Positions 50,444 through 61,011 of a stretch of 64,000 nt of DNA are shown piece by piece. Position numbers and translations under genes: made by a program. Position 1 is the stretch's first letter. Each line of letters starts with the position of its first letter. This DNA is from Spirochaetia bacterium (GTDB lineage: Bacteria; Spirochaetota; Spirochaetia; WTKD01; G963693115): the NCBI GenBank assembly GCA_965226055.1, contig CBDDCA010000006.1, forward strand, positions 864,001 through 928,000. Reading direction: 5' to 3'. Below the pieces are notes generated by a model. It was not told the origin of the DNA. It saw nothing but the letters and a program-made list of their open reading frames with translations, and did not search any database.

Positions 50444-51478
50444 TTAGAACTGTAATTGTTGTAGCAATGGCTGGTTATTCCAAAGCCAGCTATGTTCTGA
50501 AAATATTTGTATATTCATATCCCAGTTAGTAGAGAAAGTGTTTCCTAATAATCTTTGATGTTTTTTGTTAGGAAAAAATTCTTTTTGTGTTTCAAGAAGT
50601 TTTTTTTGTGTTGTTGTTTGAAAAAGCCAGTTTATAAAGAATTTTGCATCGTTTTTATGTTGAGAATTTTTTCCTATTCCTATATAAGAGTTCGATACTG
50701 TTTGAATTTGTCCATTATGTAAGGTAAATAAAAAATAATAAAATGTATCTTGAATATCTAAAGGAAGGTTGAAGAAAAAATTACTTGTGACTAATTTGTA
50801 TATAATATTGTCGTGTTGTAATTGGGCTATATATGAAACAGGAGTAAAATGTTTACGATATAATGAGATATATTCTTGATAATCTTCAAAGCTCTGTTCT
50901 ATCCAGTTGTTATACGCTTCTTGAGATTGAAACAGTTGCTTAAATATGTCTGTCATCTCTGGAACAAACCCAAAAGTTGGTAATGTCTTAGTTGATACTA
51001 TAGTATGTTGTTTTGTGAGTGTTTGTAAAGTGCTAAGAGAAATTCTTGCTTCAGAAGGAGGGGTTGTTAAGGATGATTTTTTTACTATGAGTAACGGTAT
51101 CGAAAAAGATATGAGATGCATATTTTCTGCTGTTTGTTTTATTGTGGATTCAGCAGTATATTTCTCTGTTATTGTGTTTAATGTAAAAGGGGTGTTATCT
51201 ATGGTTGATTGTTTAAGAATAAGTACATCTGCATTTGATAGTTGTGTATTATTTGAGAGTTGAATAGGAATAATGTTTTTATTTGGATATTGAGAAATAT
51301 ATAGATTGATTGCAAACACTGCTTCAGGAATATCATACAGTATCTGTACTGTATTTTTTTCGTTGTTCTTTGTAGTACCACCACCACAGGAAAATAAAAA
51401 CAGTATAGCAACAAGCATAGGTATATACCGTGCTTTACAATGTGATTGTATGTAAAATGCTGTGTGTTTCAGTTGCAT
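50444..51478 (-). CDS. putative lipoprotein, extracellular solute-binding-like
   Basis: LFLFS-C lipobox; C-terminal IGIGKNS..AKFFINWL...TQ pattern typical of solute-binding proteins. Confidence 0.55.
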   Translation of the reverse strand: MQLKHTAFYIQSHCKARYIPMLVAILFLFSCGGGTTKNNEKNTVQILYDIPEAVFAINLYISQYPNKNIIPIQLSNNTQLSNADVLILKQSTIDNTPFTLNTITEKYTAESTIKQTAENMHLISFSIPLLIVKKSSLTTPPSEARISLSTLQTLTKQHTIVSTKTLPTFGFVPEMTDIFKQLFQSQEAYNNWIEQSFEDYQEYISLYRKHFTPVSYIAQLQHDNIIYKLVTSNFFFNLPLDIQDTFYYFLFTLHNGQIQTVSNSYIGIGKNSQHKNDAKFFINWLFQTTTQKKLLETQKEFFPNKKHQRLLGNTFSTNWDMNIQIFSEHSWLWNNQPLLQQLQF

Positions 51479-51510
51479 AGGTATTATGTTATTTGCTATC
51501 AGTAAAAGAA

Positions 51511-52809
51511 CTATATAATTGATTGTTGTGCTTGTTCGTATACTTTATGCAGTACATGAGGAATATCTTCTTCTTCTACTGAAGCAAAGGTAAAACGTAA
51601 TAGGTTATCAATTTGAATAAGCGCTATTTTTTCTTTTTCTAGTAATGCTGTACGCAATTTTTTTGCAGAAATAGTATTGCAATTAAAGCTCATAAAATAT
51701 CCTCCATTAAAATGTAATGGAGTTATAGGAGAAGAAGGATATTTTTTTGTAAGTTCTTTCAGTGTTGATTTTACAATAGCATATTTTGATTTTAGTTCAT
51801 TAAACACAGTGGCAAGTTCTTGGGGAGTATTCTGATTTTTTAGTATATCCAGAACAAGACTTTGAGACAAACGAGAAGCACTGGTAATGGTAGATCTGAT
51901 AAGCCCCATAACTTTTTGTTCAAGAGCATGGATGATGGCATCGCTAAGCTGTGGGTTACCAAATGTGATAAAGCCAACTCGAAATCCCCATACTAATAAT
52001 TCTTTTGTTGCACCGTCTATCTTTATTGCCAAGATATTTTCATGAAGAGATGATAGATGAGAAAATAATGATGTTTTCATAGTATCATCGTCATAGAACA
52101 TAGAAAAATATGCATCATCACAGAGAATAACTATTGGTATTCCTTGTTTTGCAAATTCTGCTATAGTAGTACATACTTTTTCTATGTCTTTTTGTAATAG
52201 ACATTGACCAGTAGGGTTGTTTGGAAAATTTAGCATAAGTATAATCTTTTGTTGTTTTTGTGCTACTTGTTCTAAGGTATGTTTGAAAGTATTCGCTTGA
52301 AAATGCCCTTGTGTGTCAAACATAGTACAGCGCTTTATGGTTGCTTCTCTATATGTTTCTACAATATGCTCATAATTGTCCCAAATATACTCCTGTGTTA
52401 TAACTGTATCGTCTCTGTTGATAAATAAGGAAGATGCTATATGAATACTATGGGTAAGTCCTGAGCTTACAATAGGAAGGCTTATATGCGATGTATTGAG
52501 AGCAGGGTTTAGTGCTAATTGATGTTGTTGCCAGCTATTGCGCAGTTCTGGAATGCCTGCCACAGGGGCGTACGCAACAATATCTTTTGCTTCCATTGAT
52601 GGTATTTTTTCCTTTATAGTACTAAGCATAATAGGAGACATATGTTTTAATGCCATGCCTGCAGTAGCTTTTATACTTGCTTGCTTAGATTGTTCTGTTT
52701 GAGCTACAATGCCTTGGGGAAAATACATACGTTTTCCCAGCGAAGAAAGTAGCTTACTTGATACATGGTTTTCTAATGTTTTATTTAATGTTATTGCTAT
52801 TTCGTTCAT
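51511..52809 (-). CDS. class I/II PLP-dependent aminotransferase
   Basis: Motifs NFPNNPTG, DDAYF, KIDGATKE..WGFRVGF. Confidence 0.88.
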   Translation of the reverse strand: MNEIAITLNKTLENHVSSKLLSSLGKRMYFPQGIVAQTEQSKQASIKATAGMALKHMSPIMLSTIKEKIPSMEAKDIVAYAPVAGIPELRNSWQQHQLALNPALNTSHISLPIVSSGLTHSIHIASSLFINRDDTVITQEYIWDNYEHIVETYREATIKRCTMFDTQGHFQANTFKHTLEQVAQKQQKIILMLNFPNNPTGQCLLQKDIEKVCTTIAEFAKQGIPIVILCDDAYFSMFYDDDTMKTSLFSHLSSLHENILAIKIDGATKELLVWGFRVGFITFGNPQLSDAIIHALEQKVMGLIRSTITSASRLSQSLVLDILKNQNTPQELATVFNELKSKYAIVKSTLKELTKKYPSSPITPLHFNGGYFMSFNCNTISAKKLRTALLEKEKIALIQIDNLLRFTFASVEEEDIPHVLHKVYEQAQQSII

Positions 52810-52841
52810 ATATTTTTCCTTTCTATATTATAATTGATTAT

Positions 52842-53048
52842 GTGAATTCACAAAAACCAAATTGCTTACAGTGTATGTATTTTAGGGTAACTTGGGATAA
52901 AGCGTTTCCTCGTAGTTGTGTAAAGTTTAATTTCAAGTGCAAAGAATTTCCTTCGGAAGTAGTATTAAGAAGTTCGGGACAGCCATGTCCTTTTTTTGTT
53001 CAGAAGTTTATGAATGCTTCTCATACACATCCCAAGCATGAAGAATAA
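52842..53048 (+). CDS. small conserved Cys-rich, probably metal-binding protein
   Basis: CxxCxYFxVTWD..PRSC..FxFK...PS..V...SG.PCPFF pattern; GTG start 7 nt after TATAAT. Confidence 0.7.
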   Translation: MNSQKPNCLQCMYFRVTWDKAFPRSCVKFNFKCKEFPSEVVLRSSGQPCPFFVQKFMNASHTHPKHEE

Positions 53049-53994
53049 TATCTTCAATATCATATTGTGGTGTCCAATGTAACATTTTTTTTGCTAATAC
53101 TGATTTTGCGTATAATGATTCTACATCGCCTTTACGACGTTCACTAAAATTCATAGGGATGGTTCTCTGTGATACTTTTACTGTCATATCATATACTTCT
53201 TTCGTTGAAAATCCTTTTCCTGTTCCTAAGTTGAGTTCTATTGATTTTTGTTTCTCTTTCAAATATTGCAGAGAGAGAACATGTGCTTGTGCAAGATCGC
53301 TTACGTGAATATAGTCTCTGATACAAGTTCCATCAGGAGTATTATAATCGTTGCCAAATATATTAAATTTTTTTCTTTTTTTTAGGGCAGTTTCAAGAAT
53401 AACAGGAATAAGATTTTCAGGTTTTTGTTCTATGATGCCCCAATCTACCTCTGGTTCATGTCCTGCTGCATTAAAATAACGTAATGCAGAGTAATAAAAT
53501 GGAGGATTTTCGCTTTTTGAATACCAATAAAGAAGTTTTTCAATGATGAGTTTTGTTTCTCCATAATAGTTAACAGGAAACTTTACATGTTCTTCATCGA
53601 TAGGGAGATAATGTGGGATACCAAATACTGCAGCACTAGAAGAAAATACAAAATATGAAATGCCATGCTCCAGCATTGCATTGAGAATATTTATAGTTCC
53701 TAGTATATTTGTATTGGTGTATTCTTGTATATGACTAAATGAAGTGCTTACTGATTTTAAGGCAGCAAGATGAATAATAGCATCAGGATTAAATGATTTT
53801 ATTGCTTTGTGTATAGCATTTGTATCACAGATATCTTCTTTTACAAATTTTGTTTTGTTTAGGAGAGAAGTTTTTATTCCATTTGATAAATTATCATATA
53901 CCATTACTTGATAATTATGTTTGAGTAAAGAATATACCACATGGGTACCAATATATCCTGCTCCACCTGTTACTAATACTTTAGATATGCTCAT
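53008..53994 (-). CDS. galE: UDP-glucose 4-epimerase
   Basis: Motifs TGGAGYIG, FSSSAA, YGETK, LRYFNAAG, TPDGTCIRDYIHV. Confidence 0.95.
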   Translation of the reverse strand: MSISKVLVTGGAGYIGTHVVYSLLKHNYQVMVYDNLSNGIKTSLLNKTKFVKEDICDTNAIHKAIKSFNPDAIIHLAALKSVSTSFSHIQEYTNTNILGTINILNAMLEHGISYFVFSSSAAVFGIPHYLPIDEEHVKFPVNYYGETKLIIEKLLYWYSKSENPPFYYSALRYFNAAGHEPEVDWGIIEQKPENLIPVILETALKKRKKFNIFGNDYNTPDGTCIRDYIHVSDLAQAHVLSLQYLKEKQKSIELNLGTGKGFSTKEVYDMTVKVSQRTIPMNFSERRKGDVESLYAKSVLAKKMLHWTPQYDIEDIILHAWDVYEKHS

Positions 53995-54012
53995 GTTTGT
54001 TTACCTCTTTTT

Positions 54013-54999
54013 TTACCATTCTAATAATATACCTCCACAAGTAAGTCCTGCACCAAAGCCTACTAACAGTATTTTCATGCCTCGTGTTATTTTGTCTTGA
54101 TGTAAGACTCCTGATAATGCAATAGGAATAGATGCTGCAGATGTGTTTGCATATTTGTCTATATTGATAATTACTTTTTCCATAGGAAAGCCAATTTTTT
54201 GCATGCCTTTTTGTAGCATTTTTAAGTTTGCTTGATGAGGAATAATATAATCTATAGTGTTAAGGGTAAGATGGCTTTTGTCTACAATGCTATGGATAGT
54301 GGTTTCTAACATTTTAAGTGCAATTTGGTATACTTTTCTGCCGTCCATAGAGAGAGCTGATGGTGTTGTAGCTCCTTGATGAATATTTCTACGAGCACTT
54401 CCTCCTTGTTTTCGTATGAGAGAAGAGTATTCTTGCGGAGCTGTCATAAGATGACGAGAGATGATATTACTAGAACCAGAGAATTTAGAGCTTATGATTG
54501 ATGCTCCTGCACCATCACCAAATAGAATGCATGTTGTTCTATCTTTCCAATCAATAATGGAAGAAAAAATTTCAGTTCCAACAACGAGTGCAGTATCTAC
54601 CATTCCAGAAGAAATAGCATCTATTGCAGTAGAACACCCAAAAATAAACCCAGAACAAGCAGCAGTAATATCAAAAGAAAAGCAGTGTTCAATGCCAAGT
54701 TTGTGTTGTAACACGCATGCTGTTGCAGGAAAACTTAAATAATCAGGAGTAGAAGTAGCAACTATGATCATTTGAATATCATCTTTGCTGATATTTGCAT
54801 GTTGTATTGCTTTTAATGTGGCATGATATGCAAGGTCTGAGGCTGCAGTATCAGAGTCTGCTATATATCGCGTTTTAATGCCAGTATGTTCCTGTATCCA
54901 TTCATCGGAAGTATCTATTTCTTGTGCAATATCATTATTAGATACCTTTCTCAATGGGGTAAAGGATGCAGTAGAGAGAAAACGAATATTACTATTCAT
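54013..54999 (-). CDS. fabH: beta-ketoacyl-ACP synthase III
   Basis: Motifs DTSDEWI, AACSGF (Cys), LFGDGAGA, PHQAN (His), NTSAASIP, GFGAGLT. Confidence 0.95.
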   Translation of the reverse strand: MNSNIRFLSTASFTPLRKVSNNDIAQEIDTSDEWIQEHTGIKTRYIADSDTAASDLAYHATLKAIQHANISKDDIQMIIVATSTPDYLSFPATACVLQHKLGIEHCFSFDITAACSGFIFGCSTAIDAISSGMVDTALVVGTEIFSSIIDWKDRTTCILFGDGAGASIISSKFSGSSNIISRHLMTAPQEYSSLIRKQGGSARRNIHQGATTPSALSMDGRKVYQIALKMLETTIHSIVDKSHLTLNTIDYIIPHQANLKMLQKGMQKIGFPMEKVIINIDKYANTSAASIPIALSGVLHQDKITRGMKILLVGFGAGLTCGGILLEW

Positions 55000-55378
55000 A
55001 GCGTATCATTGACTATTATAGTGTATTTTTTATATTATTGTCTAGCTTTTTGTTTCCTGTAGAGGGATTAAAATCATTGAAAAAGTAGTGCATTCTCAAA
55101 AGAAAATAAAAAATACAGTATAGAGTGTGAAAAAATTTCTAGTCAATACAGAGTATTGTGTTATGAGAAGGAAAAGAAAAAAAAGAAAATAGATCTGTTA
55201 TTATTTCGTTCTATATCACAGGATATATATGACACCTCTCAAGAGGAAGTATGCAGAACGAATGATATTTTAGCAATTTTTAATACTATACTGCTTGAAG
55301 TTCGTGATGAGCAAGAATTTATTTATAATTGTAGAGAAGCAATTTTGAGGGATTGTTCCTCAAAAAAGCGATAATTGT

Positions 55379-56665
55379 CTAATGTCTTCGTAATAATTTT
55401 AGACTGGGAATATTGCGTATATTTCTTGCAGGAATCCATGAGGCAAATACAGAAAGTATTAATACCAGTGTGATGATAGTAATGAGATTTGCAGGATACA
55501 GCTTAAACTCAATCTCTGTAAGATAGAATTCGGGGTTTAGTATGGAAATAGGATGATCAAACCCAAGTAATGTTCTAATACCGTTGATACTTATATCTAT
55601 GATTTTTACAAGGTAATTTACTTGAGAGGCAAGAAAAGTGCCAATGATGCATCCCACGATAGACCCTACAAAACTGTTGATGAGGCCTTGTAGTATAATT
55701 TGTTGTTCTATTTTTGCAGGATTAGCCCCAATAGCTTTTAATGTGGCAATTTCAATTTCTAAGTCTATTACCCTCATTCCTATTGCTGACGATAATGTGA
55801 TGACTGCCAATAGTACTGCAATGAGCATAGCAATAAATAAGAGAGATTTTGTACTTAAAAAGAGAGAAAATTTACTTTGGTTTAATTCAAACCAAGTGTA
55901 GGTAGTACCATTGTCCGAGACGAGTCTTTCTATTTCTCGTAGTATTCTTTCTCCTCTGTCTCTGTGATATTTGCTTTTTTGTACCAATGAATTTCTAAAG
56001 ATAAATGGATCTTCTACTTTGATACCAATGTCCCATACTTGTTCTTGAGTGAGCAATAAAGATTGTAGCGTATCACTTTTCATAAATACCCAGCTTTTAT
56101 CGAGTTCTTCATATCCTGTGCTTACTATACCCGTTATTTTAGCACGAGAGATTCTTGGAAGTCGGTTTTCTCCCTTAAAGTTAGAAGTTAAAAAAAGTAC
56201 TGTATCGCCTACAGATACTTGTAGTTGTTTTGAAATGGCACTACCAATGATAATGGAGTTTTTCTCTTCTAAATGTGTGCTGCCTTCTATGAGTGTAAGA
56301 TAGGTGTGTATTCCTTGTTCTTCAAAAAAACGTTCTGTTATTCCACGAAAAGTAACTCCTATTTTTTTATTGTTATTTTGTAGTATTCCTACTCCTTTTA
56401 GTTCTTGATACGCAAATGTTATATATGGTTCTTGTTGCAATGTATTGGTAAGGGTAGTTACGGTGGAGGACTCTGTGGTGTTTACTTTTACTCGTACATG
56501 AGCACTGTCTGTTTCAATAATTCTGCGAGAAATTCCTTCTATCATACTATCAGCTATTTGTTGTACCATTACAAGTGGAATGATCGCTATAGCAATAATA
56601 ATCCATACTGAACTGTTTTTTGTAAATGAGGTAGCCCATATTTTTTTGAAAAATGAATATTTCAT
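55379..56665 (-). CDS. lipoprotein-releasing ABC transporter permease (LolC/E family)
   Basis: N-terminal TM, periplasmic domain, EIATLKAIGA FtsX-type C-terminus; flanks lolD. Confidence 0.85.
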   Translation of the reverse strand: MKYSFFKKIWATSFTKNSSVWIIIAIAIIPLVMVQQIADSMIEGISRRIIETDSAHVRVKVNTTESSTVTTLTNTLQQEPYITFAYQELKGVGILQNNNKKIGVTFRGITERFFEEQGIHTYLTLIEGSTHLEEKNSIIIGSAISKQLQVSVGDTVLFLTSNFKGENRLPRISRAKITGIVSTGYEELDKSWVFMKSDTLQSLLLTQEQVWDIGIKVEDPFIFRNSLVQKSKYHRDRGERILREIERLVSDNGTTYTWFELNQSKFSLFLSTKSLLFIAMLIAVLLAVITLSSAIGMRVIDLEIEIATLKAIGANPAKIEQQIILQGLINSFVGSIVGCIIGTFLASQVNYLVKIIDISINGIRTLLGFDHPISILNPEFYLTEIEFKLYPANLITIITLVLILSVFASWIPARNIRNIPSLKLLRRH

Positions 56666-57402
56666 GGCATAAATTTTTTATTTAGTATTTTTCCTTTTAG
56701 TTTTCCATCAAACATATGACAGTGAATGTCTGCAATAGAAAGAAAATCTTTGTCATGTGTTGCTACAATTAATGTTGTATTTTGGAAACTGACAAGTTCA
56801 CTGAGGATATCACGTATCATTGTTGAGTTTTTTGAATCTAATGCTCCTGTTGGTTCATCTGCAAGCACTAAGGTAGGATTTGTTATTAAGGCACGTGCTA
56901 TTGAAGTTCGTTGACATTCTCCTCCAGATAGTTGGGAAGGATAGTGATTTGCTCTCTGTTTGATGCCAATTTTATATAACATTTCGTTTGCAATGGGGAT
57001 AGCTTTGTCTTTTTTTTCTCCTAACATAAGGAGGGGTATCATGACATTTTCAAGAGCAGTAAGATCTGATAAAAGATAATGATATTGAAAAACAAAACCA
57101 ATATGTTTAAGTCGAAAAGCTGCTTTCTTTTTTTCGTCTAAATCACTGATAACAGTATCGTTGATGATTATTTGCCCTTCATCAATGGTGTCTAGTCCTG
57201 CTATAGTACTCAATAGAGTTGTTTTTCCTGATCCACTTTCTCCAGTAATGATTGTTTTTGATCCTGCAAATAGTCTTGTGGATATTTCGTCAATAACAGT
57301 GATCATTAATTTTTCTTTTTGAAATGATTTTTTCACTGAAAGCAGTTTGAGAATTGTTTCAGGAGAATTATTATGTGATGTTTGAAGGTTATATTTATTC
57401 AT
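56662..57402 (-). CDS. lolD: lipoprotein-releasing ABC transporter ATP-binding protein
   Basis: Motifs GESGSGKT, GFVFQYHYLL, LSGGE, LADEPTG. Confidence 0.9.
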   Translation of the reverse strand: MNKYNLQTSHNNSPETILKLLSVKKSFQKEKLMITVIDEISTRLFAGSKTIITGESGSGKTTLLSTIAGLDTIDEGQIIINDTVISDLDEKKKAAFRLKHIGFVFQYHYLLSDLTALENVMIPLLMLGEKKDKAIPIANEMLYKIGIKQRANHYPSQLSGGECQRTSIARALITNPTLVLADEPTGALDSKNSTMIRDILSELVSFQNTTLIVATHDKDFLSIADIHCHMFDGKLKGKILNKKFMP

Positions 57403-58588
57403 ATCGAATTATTTGTGAAGGAGATATTTTGTTTACTGATTTTACTATACTAATACTTGTAAGAAATAACAAGAAGAGTGTAAATACTGTTGTGTATATT
57501 ATATCTGTTATACTGGATACGACAATAGTGCTGGTATCGACATCTATGTATAAGTGAAAGGTTTGAGCTAACCATTGAGAAATATAAGAGAAATAGTGGA
57601 GAAACAATAATCCTAAGAAGATTCCTATTGTACACCCTAGAATACCAACAACAACTGTTTCTCCTATAAACCAGTTTTGTATATGTTTTCTATTACTCCC
57701 AATAGTTCTTAACGCTACAATTTCTTCTCGTTTTCGGTTAATTCTTCGTAGCATAGAAAACCGAAAATGTAAAATAATAACACAGAAAATTGCCGCTAAC
57801 ATGAGAAATAGCATAATTTTTTCCGTTCTTAGTGCAATATAAAATGAGTTATTGCTTTCTTCCCAAGTACTAATATTACTCAGTACCGTCTCAAGATTGT
57901 TTCGTACGGTATTGTTTTTCTTTGCTCGTATACCAAAGCTGACTGTAGTTGGTGATTGTTTTTGTTGTGTAAGATAATATTGTAATGGGAGGAATATCCA
58001 ATGTGCGTTATATTTTTGTGTTATTGAAAAAATATCGGAAATAAGTATATCAAACTGTACTGGAACAAATCCAAGTGTTTCTCCAGGTACTGTGATATTG
58101 ACTTCATCATCACGTTGGATAATAAGTTGTTTTGAAATAGTATATCCTATAAGAGCAGAGGATGTTTCTTCATAAGCGTATTGAGGGTATTTGTTATGTA
58201 AGAGTTTCATTTTAGTAAATAATTCTTTGTCTTTCAAAAATGAGTTAAAATCAGCGGCACGAATATTTACTACATGAGAACGTCCTTGATGTTCTAAAAT
58301 AGCAAATTGGTCTATAAATGCAGTGGCATATGTTACTCCTTCTATGCTTAAAATTTCTTTTGTTATATTTGCTATATTTTTGCTGTCATCTATAACGATA
58401 GAGCCTCGGTAATCGTATGTTTCAACAAGTATAAGTTTTTCTATAAGTAATGCCTGCATGCCGTTCATGATGCCTGATATGGAAATGATACTAAATATTC
58501 CTATTGCTATACCTATTATCGTTAAAATAAGTGAGATATTCTGTTTTCTTATTCGAAAAATAGAGCGAAAAGCTAAAAAAAATGTCAT
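57395..58588 (-). CDS. lipoprotein-releasing ABC transporter permease (LolC/E family)
   Basis: Motifs GIAIG..IMNG, LRTEKI, EIVALRTIG, C-terminal IRYE. Confidence 0.85.
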   Translation of the reverse strand: MTFFLAFRSIFRIRKQNISLILTIIGIAIGIFSIISISGIMNGMQALLIEKLILVETYDYRGSIVIDDSKNIANITKEILSIEGVTYATAFIDQFAILEHQGRSHVVNIRAADFNSFLKDKELFTKMKLLHNKYPQYAYEETSSALIGYTISKQLIIQRDDEVNITVPGETLGFVPVQFDILISDIFSITQKYNAHWIFLPLQYYLTQQKQSPTTVSFGIRAKKNNTVRNNLETVLSNISTWEESNNSFYIALRTEKIMLFLMLAAIFCVIILHFRFSMLRRINRKREEIVALRTIGSNRKHIQNWFIGETVVVGILGCTIGIFLGLLFLHYFSYISQWLAQTFHLYIDVDTSTIVVSSITDIIYTTVFTLFLLFLTSISIVKSVNKISPSQIIRYE

Positions 58589-58606
58589 ATATTATAGTTC
58601 GTACTT

Positions 58607-60115
58607 TTACTGGCGAATTTCAGCTACTCTTCCGTTTTTAAGTACTTCTTCTTTTATTTTACTATTTTCTTGATAATATATTTTTAATATTGGTTCATTC
58701 TTAAAATAGAAAATTTCTTGTTTTTCTTCGTTATTACTGTACACCACTTCGTATTCTAGTTCGCCATTCAAGTAGTATTTTTCTTTTGTCAGTATTCCTT
58801 CATCATTATACTGAGAGATAGTGATGCGCTCGTTTAGTATATCTCTATTTCTCACTCCTGTAGTTTCTCCTCTCTCATTGTAACGAAAATTTTCTTCATA
58901 CAATAAATCAAGCTCTTGTTCTTTTGGTAATGGCCCTAGTACTGAGTCTTGAGCAACTGTTATAGTGGTGTTGGGATCTATGGTTTGAGTATCTGTGGGT
59001 ATAGTATCAGAGTCTCTAATAGAGTATACTTTTTTTAGTGTTATTTTACCATTACGGTAATTATTTTCTGTGTATAATTTCTGTGTATACTCCACTTCAA
59101 TCTTTGAAATAAGAGTGCCTTTTTTTGTGTACTGATTACGTTCATCGTATTCTATTTTACCATTTCGATTGCGTATTTGTTTTTCTGATAAATCTCCTCC
59201 TAATGTATAGCGAAGTACATAGGATGATCCATCTTTATCTTGATAAAATACTTCTTTTAATCCACCAGTCGAGAAATAGTAGATAAAACGTTCAATAGTG
59301 CCATTGACATGATTTCGTATAAGGCGTTGTAACGCTCCTTTACTTGTGTATACATATTGTTCTGTAAACAGCTTTTGTCTTGTAGTATTGAATCGAAATA
59401 GGTTTTCTTTTCTTTTGTTTTCGTCAAGAATGGCTATATCTATGAAAAGAGGAATACTGTTTTTGGTATCTTCTATAGACGGGATAATTTGAGGATATTG
59501 TATAGGATCGGGATTTTCATAGTCTTCTTCGGGTATCTCCTGTTGTGCTTGTTGCTCTACAGGGGGGGCGTCTACCGTTTCTGTTATTTCTAAAGAAGAG
59601 GGGAGTAACGATTCAAAGGCTTCTTTATCGGGAGGGAGTGGTTCTGTTGTTGTATTGTTTTGAGGGCTTACTTTTCTGAGATCAAAGTAAGGAACAAAGC
59701 GTACATCAAGTATTTGGTAGTTAAGTCCTCCAGTGATTCGTAAAAATAATTTTCCTTTTGTTGCTACATTAGTGCTTGGATCTGTGAATACATATTCAAA
59801 ATAGGTGGTATCTTTTTCGTCTAGGTATTTAACACGGGCATCTATGGCATTAAACCCTAAGTATTGTGTAATTGATTTTGTTTCTTCTAACCAAATTTCA
59901 TAGGTTTGTGGAGCAAATGGAACATATGGGTACTGTAAAAAATATTCATTTATAAAGAATGGCCCTACGATGTTTTCAAATGGATAGATAGTATTTTTTG
60001 CAGAGAGTGTATTATATGGTAGGACAGTCATACAGAGTAACACCAGTGTTATAGAACGTAGTATCTGAGAAGGTGTTTGTGTGGCTGTATGCTTGTGTTT
60101 GTTTTGTCTATTCAT
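58607..60115 (-). CDS. hypothetical exported protein with C-terminal MORN/YwqK-like beta-hairpin repeats
   Basis: Signal-like hydrophobic stretch; repeated YxxxG turns; start set at MNRQN to avoid overlap with ftsY. Confidence 0.55.
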   Translation of the reverse strand: MNRQNKHKHTATQTPSQILRSITLVLLCMTVLPYNTLSAKNTIYPFENIVGPFFINEYFLQYPYVPFAPQTYEIWLEETKSITQYLGFNAIDARVKYLDEKDTTYFEYVFTDPSTNVATKGKLFLRITGGLNYQILDVRFVPYFDLRKVSPQNNTTTEPLPPDKEAFESLLPSSLEITETVDAPPVEQQAQQEIPEEDYENPDPIQYPQIIPSIEDTKNSIPLFIDIAILDENKRKENLFRFNTTRQKLFTEQYVYTSKGALQRLIRNHVNGTIERFIYYFSTGGLKEVFYQDKDGSSYVLRYTLGGDLSEKQIRNRNGKIEYDERNQYTKKGTLISKIEVEYTQKLYTENNYRNGKITLKKVYSIRDSDTIPTDTQTIDPNTTITVAQDSVLGPLPKEQELDLLYEENFRYNERGETTGVRNRDILNERITISQYNDEGILTKEKYYLNGELEYEVVYSNNEEKQEIFYFKNEPILKIYYQENSKIKEEVLKNGRVAEIRQ

Positions 60116-60131
60116 ATATATTTTTGATATT

Positions 60132-61001
60132 TTATTGTGAAACAAAGTCATGTAAAAAATCCTCTTTATTGAATGCTTGTAAATCTTGGTATTTTTCCCC
60201 TGTCCCAAGAAATGCGCAAGGGAGCTTCGTTTTGTAGCTAATGCTTGCTAAGGCACCTCCTTTTGTGCTTCCATCATATTTTGTGAGAATGGTAGCGTGT
60301 ATAGGGAGGCAGGACATAAAGTCTTCTGTCTGTGTAACAGTGTTGAGACCACTGTTTCCATCGAGCGTGATAAATACTCTTATGTGTTCTTCGGAGACTA
60401 ATTTGAGACATACACGATAATTTTTTTCTAATTGTTGCATGAGATCATCTCTTGTGTGCATGCGTCCTGCAGTGTCAATGAGTATTTTTTTTATATTTTT
60501 TGCTTTTGCATGGGTGATTCCATCAAAAATTACCGCTGAGGGATCGGCTCCTTGTGTTTGTTTTATAATATTGATATTGAGATTGTTAGCATGAGTATGG
60601 AGTTGTTCTATTGCTCCTGCTCTGAATGTGTCTGCTGCACAAAATAATAGAGATTGAGGAGTAAGTGAATAGTGGTGCATATAGGTATATGCAAGTTTTG
60701 CTGTAGTGGTGGTTTTTCCTACCCCGTTTATGCCTACCATAAGTATCACTTCAGGATGATTGTCATGAACAGATTCTGATATTGAATATTCTTTTAGTAT
60801 GGGTCTCATGAAATTTTTTATTACTTGAGTAATTTTTTCTTGGGGATCTTTGCCTAATACGCTGTTGCTCAGTTGATTAACAAGCTCATATGTGAGAGTA
60901 GGGGCAAGTCCTGCTTCTAATAATGTGTCTTCTATGTCTTCTATGTTTTTCTTTGTTTCTGAGCTTTGAAAGAGAGAAATAATTTTAGAAAAAAATCCCA
61001 T
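60132..61001 (-). CDS. ftsY: signal recognition particle receptor FtsY
   Basis: Motifs GINGVGKTTT, DTFRAGA, DTAGR, TKYDG..KGG, GTGE; RBS AGGAG before MGFFSK. Confidence 0.95.
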   Translation of the reverse strand: MGFFSKIISLFQSSETKKNIEDIEDTLLEAGLAPTLTYELVNQLSNSVLGKDPQEKITQVIKNFMRPILKEYSISESVHDNHPEVILMVGINGVGKTTTTAKLAYTYMHHYSLTPQSLLFCAADTFRAGAIEQLHTHANNLNINIIKQTQGADPSAVIFDGITHAKAKNIKKILIDTAGRMHTRDDLMQQLEKNYRVCLKLVSEEHIRVFITLDGNSGLNTVTQTEDFMSCLPIHATILTKYDGSTKGGALASISYKTKLPCAFLGTGEKYQDLQAFNKEDFLHDFVSQ

Positions 61002-61011
61002 AGCTGTACTC

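Noticed and set aside
55156-55374. 72-aa ORF between fabH and the lol permease
   Set aside because: TTG start, no RBS and no recognisable motif; could be a remnant but is unsupported
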